Shown here: piece by piece, positions 1 through 8,974 of the stretch | Layout of the letters: each line of letters begins with the position of its first letter | Position numbering within the stretch: position 1 is the first letter of the stretch | Source of the DNA: Candidatus Methylomirabilia bacterium | Lineage (GTDB): Bacteria > Methylomirabilota > Methylomirabilia > Rokubacteriales > CSP1-6 | Assembly (NCBI GenBank): GCA_041496385.1 | Contig: JBGQEL010000049.1 | Span: 1-28,952, forward strand | DNA length: 28,952 nt | Reading direction: 5' to 3' | The notes under the pieces: generated by a model | Database searches by the model: none | The model's input: only the letters and a program-made list of their open reading frames with translations | Told to the model about the DNA's origin: nothing | Program-made: the position numbers and the translations under genes

Positions 1-777
1 CACCTGGTCGAGGCTCTCCTTCCAGGGCAGCCCGTTGGTCCCCCACACCGCGCGGTCCTGGCCCATGCGGCTGCCGATGAAGTTGACGATCTCGGGCTTG
101 AGGTACTTCGGCATCCAGGCGTCGATCCCGAACCACACGTTGTCCCACTTGTAGCAGACGCTCATCAGCTCCTCGACCCACGGCCATCCGGTATGGGCGC
201 CGAGGATCCGCAGGGTCGGGAAGTCCGATGCGACGTAGTCCAGGTACATCGGGCGTCCGTGCTCGCTGGGCATGGCTTCCAGCACGTGGCCCGCCTGCAC
301 CGACACCGGCACGTCGAGCTCGACGCACTTCGCGTAGAGCGGATACATCTTCTTGTCGTGCAGCGGGATGTCGAAGCCGTAGATGTGGACGTAGACGCCC
401 TTGAAGCCGTGCCGCGTGACGGCCCGCTCGATCTCGGCGAGGCTTTCCTTGATGCGGAACGGATTGTAGCCGGCCAGGCCGACGAAGCGGCCCGGGTACT
501 TCTCCGTGTACTGGAGCACCTCCTCGAGCTGCGTGTCCATGTACATCCACTTGTTCCAGTACGACCACATCTTCGTCTGCGTGATGAAGACCTGCTCGAC
601 GCCCGCCTCGTCCATCTTCCCGAGCATCACCGGGATGGACTCGAACTGCGGCAGGCTGCCGATCGCCCGCTCCATGCGGCAGATCAGCTCGCCCTTCTTC
701 GCGTCCGTCCACTTCGCGATGAACTCCGGGGTCGCGACGTAGTACATGATGTCGATCGCCTTCGGCCTGTCACTCAT
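1..777 (-). CDS. Amidohydrolase-family (Amidohydro_2) metal-dependent hydrolase/decarboxylase, 3' end runs off the window
   Basis: Not in the ORF track because it has no stop. Manual translation gives MSDRPKAIDIMYY...KYPGRFVGLAGYNP...GFKGVYVH...MYPLYAKCVELDVPV...DFPTLRILGAHTGWPW...AVWGTNG, which are typical Amidohydro_2 motifs. RBS AAGGAG lies upstream of the ATG at 777. Confidence 0.85.
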   Translation of the reverse strand, partial: MSDRPKAIDIMYYVATPEFIAKWTDAKKGELICRMERAIGSLPQFESIPVMLGKMDEAGVEQVFITQTKMWSYWNKWMYMDTQLEEVLQYTEKYPGRFVGLAGYNPFRIKESLAEIERAVTRHGFKGVYVHIYGFDIPLHDKKMYPLYAKCVELDVPVSVQAGHVLEAMPSEHGRPMYLDYVASDFPTLRILGAHTGWPWVEELMSVCYKWDNVWFGIDAWMPKYLKPEIVNFIGSRMGQDRAVWGTNGLPWKESLDQV

Positions 778-795
778 GTCTTTCTCCTTTGAACA

Positions 796-832
796 GGGTG
801 CGGGCACCCCAACTGTCGTCGCGCCCGCACCC
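796..832 (-). other. GC-rich stem-loop just upstream of the amidohydrolase RBS
   Basis: GGGTGCGGGC (796-805) and GCCCGCACCC (823-832) are perfect inverted repeats. There is no long U-tract, so it is not clearly a terminator. Confidence 0.45.
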
Positions 833-886
833 CGCCGCAATCACGCGTTTCGCCACCTCTCCACCCGATCCGAGGCCCGACCACCG

Positions 887-1648
887 TCAGACCATGGTCA
901 GGCCGCCGGAGACGCTGAGCGTCTGGCCGGTGATGTAGCCCGCCTCCGGCGAAGCCAGAAACACGACGGCGCCCGCGATGTCCTCCGGCGCGCCGATCCG
1001 CCCGAGCGGGATCGAGCGGCCGATCGCCTCGATGACCTTCGCGTTCTTCGGCGACTCCTCCCGTATGCCCTGGAGCAGCGCCGTCTCGGTGATGCCCGGG
1101 CAGACGACGTTTACCGTGATCCCGTGGCGCGCCATCTCCCGGGCGAGCGTCTTCGAGAAGGCGATGAGCGCGCCCTTCGTGCCCGCGTAGACGGCCTCGT
1201 TCGAGGAGCCGACGCGGCCGGCGTCGGACGCGATGCTGATGACGCGCCCGCTCCCGCGCGCCACCATGGCCGGCAGCGCCGCCTTGAGGACGTACAGCGC
1301 GCCCTTGAAGTTGATGCCGATGATCCGGTCCCACGTCTCCTCGTCGGACTCGAGGAACGGCTGCATCCGGTCCCAGCCCGCGTTGTTCACGAGGACGTCG
1401 AGCTGGCCCCACTGCGCGAGCGCCTCGGCGACCGCCCCCTCCACTTCGGCGCGCCGCCGGAGATCGGCCGCGAGCGCGAGCCCCTTCACACCGAGCGCCT
1501 CGATCTCGCGCGCCACGGCCGCCGCCCGATCCGCCGCCACGTCCAGCACGGCCACCTGCGCGCCTTCGCGCGCGAGCGCCAGCGCGATCGCGCGGCCGAT
1601 CCCCTGCCCCCCTCCGGTCACGAGCGCGGTCTTCCCCTTGAGCCTCAC
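887..1648 (-). CDS. badH: SDR oxidoreductase, 2-hydroxycyclohexanecarboxyl-CoA dehydrogenase (BadH)-like
   Basis: TGGGQGIG Rossmann motif, NNAGWD, IASDAGRVGSS, YAGTK catalytic motif and GQTLSVSGGLTM C-terminus typical of BadH-like SDRs. GTG start with AGGAGG RBS. Confidence 0.8.
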   Translation of the reverse strand: MRLKGKTALVTGGGQGIGRAIALALAREGAQVAVLDVAADRAAAVAREIEALGVKGLALAADLRRRAEVEGAVAEALAQWGQLDVLVNNAGWDRMQPFLESDEETWDRIIGINFKGALYVLKAALPAMVARGSGRVISIASDAGRVGSSNEAVYAGTKGALIAFSKTLAREMARHGITVNVVCPGITETALLQGIREESPKNAKVIEAIGRSIPLGRIGAPEDIAGAVVFLASPEAGYITGQTLSVSGGLTMV

Positions 1649-1658
1649 GGCATCCCTC

Positions 1659-2429
1659 CTAGCGGTCCTTCCAGACGGGCTTGCGCTTCTCGACGAAGGC
1701 GCGGAGTCCCTCGGCGGCGTCCTCCGTGGCCATCAGCTCGTACTGATACATCGCCTCGAGCGTCGCGAGCGACTGCTCGAACGGCACCCCGAGCGACTCG
1801 CGCACGGCGCGCCGGGCCAGGCGGAGCACGACCGCGCTCTGTGCCCTGAAGCGCTCGACGTCCGCCTCCACGGCCTCTGCGAGCCGGTCCGGGGCCACCA
1901 CCCGGTCCACGAGGCCGATGCGCTCGGCCTCGGCGGCGCCGATCACCTCTCCCGAGAGCAGGAGCCGCAGCGTCCGCGCCGCGCCGATCCGCGCCGGGTA
2001 GTGGATCGCCGCGATCGGCGGAAACACACCCACCTTCACTTCGGGTTGCCCGAAGGTCGCCTTCTCGCTCGCGATCACGAGATCGCAGAAGGTCGCGAGC
2101 TCGGCGCCGCCGCCGATGGCCGCGCCCTGCACCGCGGCGAGCGTCACGCACTCGAGGGTGCGCAACCCGCGGAAAATCTGGTGGAAGGCCTCCAGCATGG
2201 CCTTCGCGCGGTCGCCCAGGTGGTCCTCGACGGCGACGCCGGCCGAGAACGCCCTCCCCTCGCCCTCGAGCACGAGCACTTTGAGCGACGGGTTCTGGGC
2301 CGCGCACTCGAGCGCCTCGTTGATCTCGCCCATCATCTCGATCGTCATGATGTTGAGCGGCGGACGCGCCAGCACGAGGCGCGCGACGTCGTACTGCTCG
2401 CGGTAGCGGACGTGCGGCGCGGGGCTCAT
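1659..2429 (-). CDS. Enoyl-CoA hydratase/isomerase, cyclohexadienoyl-CoA hydratase (Dch)-like
   Basis: Crotonase motifs PPLNI, FSAGVAVEDH, GAAIGGGAEL, FGQPEVKVGVFPP and EGLRAFVEKRKP. The ATG at 2429 overlaps the upstream stop (ATGA). Confidence 0.85.
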   Translation of the reverse strand: MSPAPHVRYREQYDVARLVLARPPLNIMTIEMMGEINEALECAAQNPSLKVLVLEGEGRAFSAGVAVEDHLGDRAKAMLEAFHQIFRGLRTLECVTLAAVQGAAIGGGAELATFCDLVIASEKATFGQPEVKVGVFPPIAAIHYPARIGAARTLRLLLSGEVIGAAEAERIGLVDRVVAPDRLAEAVEADVERFRAQSAVVLRLARRAVRESLGVPFEQSLATLEAMYQYELMATEDAAEGLRAFVEKRKPVWKDR

Positions 2430-2590
2430 GGGGTCCATCCGTCGTCGAGCACCGGCTCGCCGCAGACCCGGCAGAGGATCGGATCTCCGGGACGCCGCGC
2501 GGTCCCGCAGCCCCCGCACGTCGCGCTGGGCTCGGCCTCGATCGCCTCGACGGCCGTCGCGGGCCCGGGGTCGGTCGGATCGTCACGCAT
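2426..2590 (-). CDS. 54-aa zinc-ribbon-like microprotein (CxxC-x11-CxxC)
   Basis: MRDDPTDPGPATAVEAIEAEPSATCGGCGTARRPGDPILCRVCGEPVLDDGWTP. Strong GAGGAGG RBS. It fills the gap between paaK and the hydratase, and its stop overlaps the hydratase ATG. Confidence 0.7.
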   Translation of the reverse strand: MRDDPTDPGPATAVEAIEAEPSATCGGCGTARRPGDPILCRVCGEPVLDDGWTP

Positions 2591-2601
2591 GGATGTCCTC
2601 C

Positions 2602-3903
2602 TCACGCCTTCGGCCGGAGGTCCTCGACGCGCCTGGCCTTGCCGGCCGAGCGCTCGATGGTCCTCGGCGGCACGACGGCCACGTCGGCCGTGAGGCCGAT
2701 GGCCTCGTGGAGCTTTCGCTTCGCCTGCGCCGCGATCCCCCGCATCGCCTCGGCACCGGCGGCGGTGACCGCCGCGGTCGCCTCGACCCGCACCTCGAGC
2801 GCGTCGAGCGTGCCCTCCCGGCGCACGACGAGCAGGTAGTGCGGCTCGAGGCCCGCGACCTGCATGAGCGCGTGCTCGACCTGCGAGGGATAGACGTTGA
2901 CGCCGCGGATGATCAGCATGTCGTCGCTGCGCCCCGTGATCCGGCCGATCCGCGCCAGCGTCCGGCCGCACGCGCAGGACGCGCGGTCGAGCGTCGTGAG
3001 GTCGCGCGTCCGGTAGCGGAGGAGCGGGAGCGCCTCCTTCGTGAGCGTCGTGAAGACGAGCTCGCCCGTGCGGCCGGGTGGCACGGGCTCGAGGGTCACC
3101 GGGTCGAGGACCTCCGGGAGGAAGTGGTCCTCGGCGACGTGCATGCCACGGCGCTCGGGGCACTCCACCGAGACGCCCGGTCCGATGACCTCGCTGAGCC
3201 CGTAGATGTTGAGCGCCATCAGATTCAGGCGCGCCTCGAGCGTCTGCCGCATCCCCTCCGTCCAGGGCTCGGCGCCGAAGAAGCCGACGCGGAGCCGGAG
3301 GCTCTTCGGATCCACGCCCGCCTCCTCGAGCGCCTCGGCGAGGTAGAGCGCGTAGGAGGGCGTCGAGCAGAGGACCGTCGAGCCGAAGTCCTGGAGCGCC
3401 ATGAGCTGACGCTCGGTGAAGCCGCCGGAGATCGGGATGACCGCCGCGCCGACGCGCTCGGCCCCGTAGTGGAAGCCCAGGCCGCCGGTGAAGAGGCCGT
3501 AGCCGTAGGCGTTGTGGACGACGTCGCCCGGCCCGACGCCGCCGGCCAGCACCGTGCGCGCCATGACGTCGCTCCACGTCTGCAGATCGCGGCGCGTGTA
3601 CGCGACGACGGTCGGTTTCCCGGTGGTGCCCGAGGAGGCGTGAATGCGCACGATCCGCTCCATCGGCACGGCGAGGAGGCCGAACGGGTACGCGTCGCGG
3701 AAGTCGCCCTTCACCGTGAACGGTAGGCGCCGGAGGTCGGCGAGCGAGCGGATGTCGCGGGCGGTCACCCCGGACTCCCGGAGCCGCTCGCGATAGAACG
3801 GCACGCGCGCGGCCGCGCGGGCCACCGTCTTCTGCAGGCGCCCGAGCTGCAGGCGCTCGAGGTCGGCGCGCGGCACGCGTTCGACGGCGGTCAGGCTGTT
3901 CAT
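2602..3903 (-). CDS. paaK: Phenylacetate--CoA ligase (PaaK/PadJ family)
   Basis: RIHASSGTTGKPTV, AYGYGLFTGGLGFHYG, GAEPW, IYGLSE and GRSDDMLIIRGVNVYP motifs. ATG at 3903 with AGGAGG RBS and an ATGA overlap with livF. Confidence 0.92.
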   Translation of the reverse strand: MNSLTAVERVPRADLERLQLGRLQKTVARAAARVPFYRERLRESGVTARDIRSLADLRRLPFTVKGDFRDAYPFGLLAVPMERIVRIHASSGTTGKPTVVAYTRRDLQTWSDVMARTVLAGGVGPGDVVHNAYGYGLFTGGLGFHYGAERVGAAVIPISGGFTERQLMALQDFGSTVLCSTPSYALYLAEALEEAGVDPKSLRLRVGFFGAEPWTEGMRQTLEARLNLMALNIYGLSEVIGPGVSVECPERRGMHVAEDHFLPEVLDPVTLEPVPPGRTGELVFTTLTKEALPLLRYRTRDLTTLDRASCACGRTLARIGRITGRSDDMLIIRGVNVYPSQVEHALMQVAGLEPHYLLVVRREGTLDALEVRVEATAAVTAAGAEAMRGIAAQAKRKLHEAIGLTADVAVVPPRTIERSAGKARRVEDLRPKA

Positions 3904-4634
3904 GATCGGGCCCCTCCTGCGCTCCATGCGAGGCCGTAGGCCCCGCGTGCGGACTCCAGGCCGTGGTCGTTCGCCGCGGCCGTGCTGATGACGCCCCCCG
4001 GGCCCAGGACGTAGCCGCGGTCGGCGATACGGAAGGCGGCGCGCGCGTTCTGCTCGACGAGCAGCATCGTGAGCCCGTCCGCCTTGAGCGCCGCCAGAGC
4101 GCGGAAGATCTCGGCGATCACGAGCGGCGCGAGCCCGACGGAGGGCTCGTCGAGCAGGAGCAGCCGCGGGCGCGCCATGAGCGCGCGTCCCATCGCGACC
4201 ATCTGTTGCTCGCCGCCGGAGAGCGTCGCGACGGCCTGTCCGAGGCGCGCGCGGAGCGCGGGGAACAGCGCGAGCGCGCGCTCGAGGTCCTCCCCGCGCG
4301 CCGCCCGGCGCGCGGCGCGCGGGAGGGCGTAGGCGCCGAGCGCCAGGTTCTGCCGGACGCTGAGCGGCCCGAAGAGCTCGCGGCCCTCGGGCACGAGCGC
4401 GATGCCGTGGCGGACGATGTCCTCGGTCGCGCAGCCGCTGATGACGCGGCCCTCGAAGAGCACCTGGCCGGCCCGGACCCGGACGAGCCCGGTCAGCGCG
4501 CGGAGCAGCGTCGTCTTGCCGCTCCCGTTCGGGCCCACGATCGTCACCAGCTCGCCCGGCGCCACCGAGAGGCTCGCACGCCGGAGCGCCTGGACGCGGC
4601 CGTAGAAGACGTCGAGGTCCCGGACCGCAAGCAT
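3900..4634 (-). CDS. livF: ABC transporter ATP-binding subunit, LivF-like
   Basis: Walker A GPNGSGKTT, VPEGR, LSGGEQQM, LLLLDEPSVGLAP and LVEQN. Confidence 0.9.
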   Translation of the reverse strand: MLAVRDLDVFYGRVQALRRASLSVAPGELVTIVGPNGSGKTTLLRALTGLVRVRAGQVLFEGRVISGCATEDIVRHGIALVPEGRELFGPLSVRQNLALGAYALPRAARRAARGEDLERALALFPALRARLGQAVATLSGGEQQMVAMGRALMARPRLLLLDEPSVGLAPLVIAEIFRALAALKADGLTMLLVEQNARAAFRIADRGYVLGPGGVISTAAANDHGLESARGAYGLAWSAGGARS

Positions 4635-5401
4635 CACGCCGCCTCCTCGCCGAGGTACGCGGCGACGACGGCCGGGTCCGACCGCACCTCGGCCGGCCGG
4701 CCCTCGGCGAGCTTCTCGCCGTAGGAGAGGACGAGAACCTCGTCCGAGAGGTCGAGGACGAAGTCCATGTGGTGGTCCACGAGGAGGATGGTGGTCCCGC
4801 CGTCGCGGATCTGCCGGACGATCGCCGCGAGGTGCGCCTGCTCGCCGCGGTCCAGGCCGGCCCCGGGCTCGTCGAGCAGGAGGAGCTTCGGCTCCATCGC
4901 GAGCGCGCGGCCCACCTCGACCAGTCGCTGCTCCCCGTACGGGAGCGCCGCGGCCGGCATCTCGGCGCGGCCTTCGAGGTCCAGCAGGGCCAGCACCGCG
5001 CGGGCGCGCAGCCGGAGACGGGCGTCCTCGTCCCGCGCCGCGCGCGTCCGGAGCGCGCACGCGCCCCAGCCTGCGCGCCCGTGGCGGTGGCAGCCGACGA
5101 GCACGTTCTCGAGCACCGTCATCTCGCCGAAGAGCCTGACGAGCTGGAACGTCCGCGCAATCCCCCGGGCGGCGACGGCGTGAGGGCGCAGCACGGGGAG
5201 CGGCGTGCCCTCGAAGAGGACGCGCCCGCGCGTCGGCGCGAGCGCACCCGCGATCAGGTTGAAGATCGTCGTCTTGCCGGCGCCGTTCGGGCCGATGAGC
5301 GCCTTGATCTGGCCCGGGGCGACGGCGAAGTCCACGCCGCGGACCGCGGCGAGGCCGCCGAAGTCCTTGCCCAGACCCAGCACCTCGAGGAGCGGGCTCA
5401 T
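4634..5401 (-). CDS. livG: ABC transporter ATP-binding subunit, LivG-like
   Basis: FGGLAAV, GPNGAGKTT, GIARTFQ, LPYGEQR, LLLLDEPGAG and AYLG. An alternative start at 5410 is possible. Confidence 0.9.
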   Translation of the reverse strand: MSPLLEVLGLGKDFGGLAAVRGVDFAVAPGQIKALIGPNGAGKTTIFNLIAGALAPTRGRVLFEGTPLPVLRPHAVAARGIARTFQLVRLFGEMTVLENVLVGCHRHGRAGWGACALRTRAARDEDARLRLRARAVLALLDLEGRAEMPAAALPYGEQRLVEVGRALAMEPKLLLLDEPGAGLDRGEQAHLAAIVRQIRDGGTTILLVDHHMDFVLDLSDEVLVLSYGEKLAEGRPAEVRSDPAVVAAYLGEEAA

Positions 5402-5411
5402 TCGCACCATC

Positions 5412-6389
5412 TCAGCGCTCGGCTCGCGCCGGCGGCCAGCGCTCGCCACGCAGCGACACGAGCCCCCCGGGGAGGAAGATCATGAACGCCATGAGCGCGA
5501 GGCCGAAGACGACGATCTCGTACTCGGCGGCCCCGCGGGAGGAGGCGACGAGCGGCAGCGCGGCGCGCAGCGCCTCGACGAGCAGGACGACCGCGGCGGC
5601 GCCCAGCACGGCGCCCCAGAGGCTCGCCACGCCGCCGAGCACGACCATCACGACCAGCTCGACCGAGTAACCGAAGCCGAAGGGCGACGGGTTGATGAAG
5701 GTCAGATAGTGGGCGTACAGACCGCCCGCGAGGGCCGTCATCCCCCCGGCCAGCGCGAAGACGCCGAGCTTGTAGCGGGTTGCGTCGATGCCCGCCGCCT
5801 GGGCGGCGGACTCGCTGCCGTGGATCGCGCGCAGCGCGCGGCCGACGCGCGAGTCCACGAGGTTGCCGGCGAGGCCGAGCAGGAACAGCAGGACGGTCCA
5901 CGCGAGGAGGAACACGCGCGCATCCGTATCGAACCGGAATCCGCCGATCGCGAGGGGCGGGATGCCCGTCAGGCCCGACGGGCCCCCGGTGACTCCGCTC
6001 CAATTCACGAGCACGTAGTAGACGATGATCCCGAAGCCGAGCGACGCCATCGCGAGCAGGAGCCCCGAGAGGCGGAAGATGGGCAGGCCGATCAGGAGGG
6101 CGGCGGCGGCGCCCGCGACGACCGCCATCGCGAGCGCGGCCCAGCAGTTCCAGCCGTGGGTCGCGGTGAGGATCCCCGACGCGTACGCGCCGATCGCGTA
6201 GAAGGCCGCCTGGCCCAGCGAGACCTGGCCGGCGAAGCCCATGACGAGCGAGAGCCCGAGCGCCGCGATCGCATTGAGCGCGACGAACGTGAGCGCGCTC
6301 AGGACGTACGTGGAGCGCACGCCCCACGCGGCGCCGCTCACAAAGAGCATCACGGCCAGGAGCAGGGTCCAGCGCTCGCGGGCGCTCAC
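5412..6389 (-). CDS. livM: ABC transporter permease, LivM-like
   Basis: GFAGQVSLGQAAFYAIGAY, TGGPSG, SRVGRALRAI and multiple hydrophobic segments. The GTG start overlaps the livH stop. Confidence 0.88.
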   Translation of the reverse strand: MSARERWTLLLAVMLFVSGAAWGVRSTYVLSALTFVALNAIAALGLSLVMGFAGQVSLGQAAFYAIGAYASGILTATHGWNCWAALAMAVVAGAAAALLIGLPIFRLSGLLLAMASLGFGIIVYYVLVNWSGVTGGPSGLTGIPPLAIGGFRFDTDARVFLLAWTVLLFLLGLAGNLVDSRVGRALRAIHGSESAAQAAGIDATRYKLGVFALAGGMTALAGGLYAHYLTFINPSPFGFGYSVELVVMVVLGGVASLWGAVLGAAAVVLLVEALRAALPLVASSRGAAEYEIVVFGLALMAFMIFLPGGLVSLRGERWPPARAER

Positions 6390-7273
6390 GCCTCGCCCTC
6401 CCCCGCGACGCGCCAGGGCAGCCAGCCCGCGACCTGGACGATGCAGATCACGATGAGGATCAGGAACGCCACGGCGTCCTTGTAGCCGGAGGAGAGGAGC
6501 CCGGCGGAGAACGACTCGAGGACGCCCAGCAGGAAGCCACCGGCGATCGCGCCCGGCGGGCTCACGAGACCGCCGAGCACCGCGGCGACGAACCCCTTGA
6601 GGCCGAGCATCAGCCCCATGTCGTAGGTCGCGTACGTGATCGGCGCGATGACGGCGCCCGCCGTCGCGCCGAGCGCCCCGGACAGCGCCCAGGCGAAACG
6701 GTGCGTGCGCTCGACGCGGATCCCCATGAGTCGCGCGCCTCGCGCGTTCAGCGCGCAGGCGCGCACGGCGGTGCCGGCGTAGGTCCGGGTGAAGAAGAAC
6801 CACAGCCCCGCGAACACGAGCACGGCGACGGCGAGCACCCAGAGCGCCTGGCGCACGACCACCGCACCGAGCAGCGCGAGCGGCGGGCCCGCGGTGAAGG
6901 GCGGGAGCGCGAGCGGGTCGGTGCCCCAGACGACGAGCGCCCCGCCGCGGATCGCGATCGAGGCGCCGATGGTGACGATGAGCACCGCGAGCGGGGGCGC
7001 GCCGCGGAGCGGGTGGATGGCCACCCACTCGAGCAGCGCCGCGAGCAGCGCGACTCCCGCCACGGTCACGACGAACGCCGGGACGACCCCGACGCCCCGG
7101 CCGAGCAGCGTCGCCATCCCGAGCGCGCCCAGCATCACGAACTCGCCCTGGGCGAAGTTGATGACGCGGGTCACGCCGTAGACGATGACGAACCCGAGCC
7201 CGATGAGGGCGTAGGCGCCCCCGACCACCAGGCCCGTCGCCAGGTACTGCGCGAGCTGCTCGGCGAAGGTCAT
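6386..7273 (-). CDS. livH: ABC transporter permease, LivH-like
   Basis: YALIGLGF, INFAQGEF, ARLMGI and KGFVAAVLGG. Confidence 0.9.
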   Translation of the reverse strand: MTFAEQLAQYLATGLVVGGAYALIGLGFVIVYGVTRVINFAQGEFVMLGALGMATLLGRGVGVVPAFVVTVAGVALLAALLEWVAIHPLRGAPPLAVLIVTIGASIAIRGGALVVWGTDPLALPPFTAGPPLALLGAVVVRQALWVLAVAVLVFAGLWFFFTRTYAGTAVRACALNARGARLMGIRVERTHRFAWALSGALGATAGAVIAPITYATYDMGLMLGLKGFVAAVLGGLVSPPGAIAGGFLLGVLESFSAGLLSSGYKDAVAFLILIVICIVQVAGWLPWRVAGEGEA

Positions 7274-7274
7274 G

Positions 7275-8423
7275 CTACTTGGCCGGACGCCACTGGCCGT
7301 CCACGATCTGCGTCATCGTGACCGCGCGGCTGTCGAGGCCGTTGTGGTCCGTCGGCGAAAAGTCGAAGACGCCGGTGATGCCGACGAAGTTCCTGATCCC
7401 CTCGATCGCGCCGCGCACGCGGGCCCGGTCGGCGCCCCCTTTCTCCATGGCCTTCACGACGATCTGCACCGCGTCCCACGCGTGGCCGCCGAACGTGTTC
7501 CGCGAGCCGTACCGGACCTCGAACTCCTTCGCGTAGGCGAGCAACACGGCCTTCTGCGGGTCGTTGTCGGCCAGGTGCTCGGCGATGAGGAGCTTGCCCG
7601 CGGGGAACACGACGCCGTTGGCCGCGGGGCCGGCGAGCTGAATGAACATCTTGTTGCCCACGCCGTGGCTCTGGAAGAGGGGCGCCCTCAGGCCCAGGTC
7701 GGCGAAGTTCTTCGTCGCGATGGACGCCGACGGCGGAATGGACCAGACGATGACGGCCTGCGGGCCCGCGGCCTTGACGCGCGTGAGCTGCGCGGTCATG
7801 TCCACGTCCTTCTGACCGAACTTCTCGTTGGCCGCGATGGTGAGGCCCGCCTTCTGCGCCGCCTTCTCGAACTCGATCCAGCCGAGCTGGCCGAACGCGT
7901 AGTCGACGTTGAGCCAGCCGACCCTCGTGAGCCCCCTCGCCTTCAGGTAGTCCACGAGGATGCCGACGATGAGATGGTCGCTCTGCGGCGTCTTGAACAC
8001 CCACTTGCGTTCGGCGACGGGCTCGACGATCTTCACCGCCGCCGCGCAGGAGACCAGCGGGATCTCGGCCTTCTGGATCGTGTCGAGGATGGCGAGCGAG
8101 GTCCCGGAGAGCGTCGTGCCGACGATCGCCACGACCTTGTCCTCGTCGATGAGCTTCTTCGCGGCCAGCACCGCCTTCGTCTCGTCACTCGCGTCGTCGT
8201 AGATGACGAGCTTCAGCGGGTGGACCTTGCCGTCGGGACCCCTGATCCCGCCCTTGGCGTTGAGCTCGGCCTCGAGCATGAGGGCGGTGTCGCGCTCGGG
8301 AATGCCGAGGGACGAGCCCGGGCCGGTGATGGAGAAGATGGCGCCCACCCTGTACGCGTCCTGGGCCAGCGCCGGAACGGGCACGAGCAGCAGCGCGAGC
8401 AGGAGCGGGGTGAGCATACGCAT
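7275..8423 (-). CDS. ABC transporter substrate-binding protein (LivJ/LIVBP-like), probably for aromatic acids
   Basis: Signal peptide MRMLTPLLLALLLVPVPALA, then VGAIFSITGPGSSLG, YDDASD and WVFKTPQSD. GGAGG RBS before the ATG at 8423. The substrate is inferred from context. Confidence 0.88.
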   Translation of the reverse strand: MRMLTPLLLALLLVPVPALAQDAYRVGAIFSITGPGSSLGIPERDTALMLEAELNAKGGIRGPDGKVHPLKLVIYDDASDETKAVLAAKKLIDEDKVVAIVGTTLSGTSLAILDTIQKAEIPLVSCAAAVKIVEPVAERKWVFKTPQSDHLIVGILVDYLKARGLTRVGWLNVDYAFGQLGWIEFEKAAQKAGLTIAANEKFGQKDVDMTAQLTRVKAAGPQAVIVWSIPPSASIATKNFADLGLRAPLFQSHGVGNKMFIQLAGPAANGVVFPAGKLLIAEHLADNDPQKAVLLAYAKEFEVRYGSRNTFGGHAWDAVQIVVKAMEKGGADRARVRGAIEGIRNFVGITGVFDFSPTDHNGLDSRAVTMTQIVDGQWRPAK

Positions 8424-8504
8424 GGTGAGTCCTCCGTGGGCTCGCGAGGATGGCAACATGGCCGACTCTCCTCCGCGGCGCGCGCGCCGCGTCTCTGCCC
8501 GGGA

Positions 8505-8957
8505 TCAGGGTCGAACGGGTTTTTCCATGTGAATCATCGGCCCGTGGTGGAAGCCCAGCCGCGTGAAGAACTCGCGGACATCCGCCTGCGCGAGGTCGAT
8601 CAGCGTCGCCACCTTCTGGATCGCGCGCAGCTCCTGGCCCCCTTGCACGAAGCGCTCGACGAGGGCCTGGCCGACCTTCCGCCCGCGGTACGCGGGATCC
8701 ACCCCGATCATGTCGATCCAGCCGGTCGGCCCCGCGATGCCGAACTCGGACTCCCCCACCCAGCCGAACAGGAAGCCGACGAGGCGCCCGTCCAGCTCGG
8801 CCACCGACGACATCCACGGCGGACGCAGCGCCGCGATGTCCAGGCGCGTGCGCCAGTAGTCCTTCCGCGTCTGCGCCGTGAGCTTCTCGTCGATGCGCAG
8901 GATCGCGTCGAGGTCCGAGGGTTCCACCGACCGCACGGTCACCGAAGTCCGGCTCAT
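8505..8957 (-). CDS. GNAT-family N-acetyltransferase (occupies the position BadL has in benzoyl-CoA clusters)
   Basis: VAELDGRLVGF, IGVDPAYRGRKVGQAL acetyl-CoA-binding motif and FFTRLGF. AAGGAG RBS. Confidence 0.85.
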   Translation of the reverse strand: MSRTSVTVRSVEPSDLDAILRIDEKLTAQTRKDYWRTRLDIAALRPPWMSSVAELDGRLVGFLFGWVGESEFGIAGPTGWIDMIGVDPAYRGRKVGQALVERFVQGGQELRAIQKVATLIDLAQADVREFFTRLGFHHGPMIHMEKPVRP

Positions 8958-8974
8958 GATCGACTCCTTGCTGT

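Noticed and set aside
3900..8423. Branched-chain amino acid uptake as the transporter's function
   Set aside because: The Liv fold is clear, but its position between the reductase genes and an aryl-CoA ligase points to aromatic acids. The substrate cannot be fixed from sequence.
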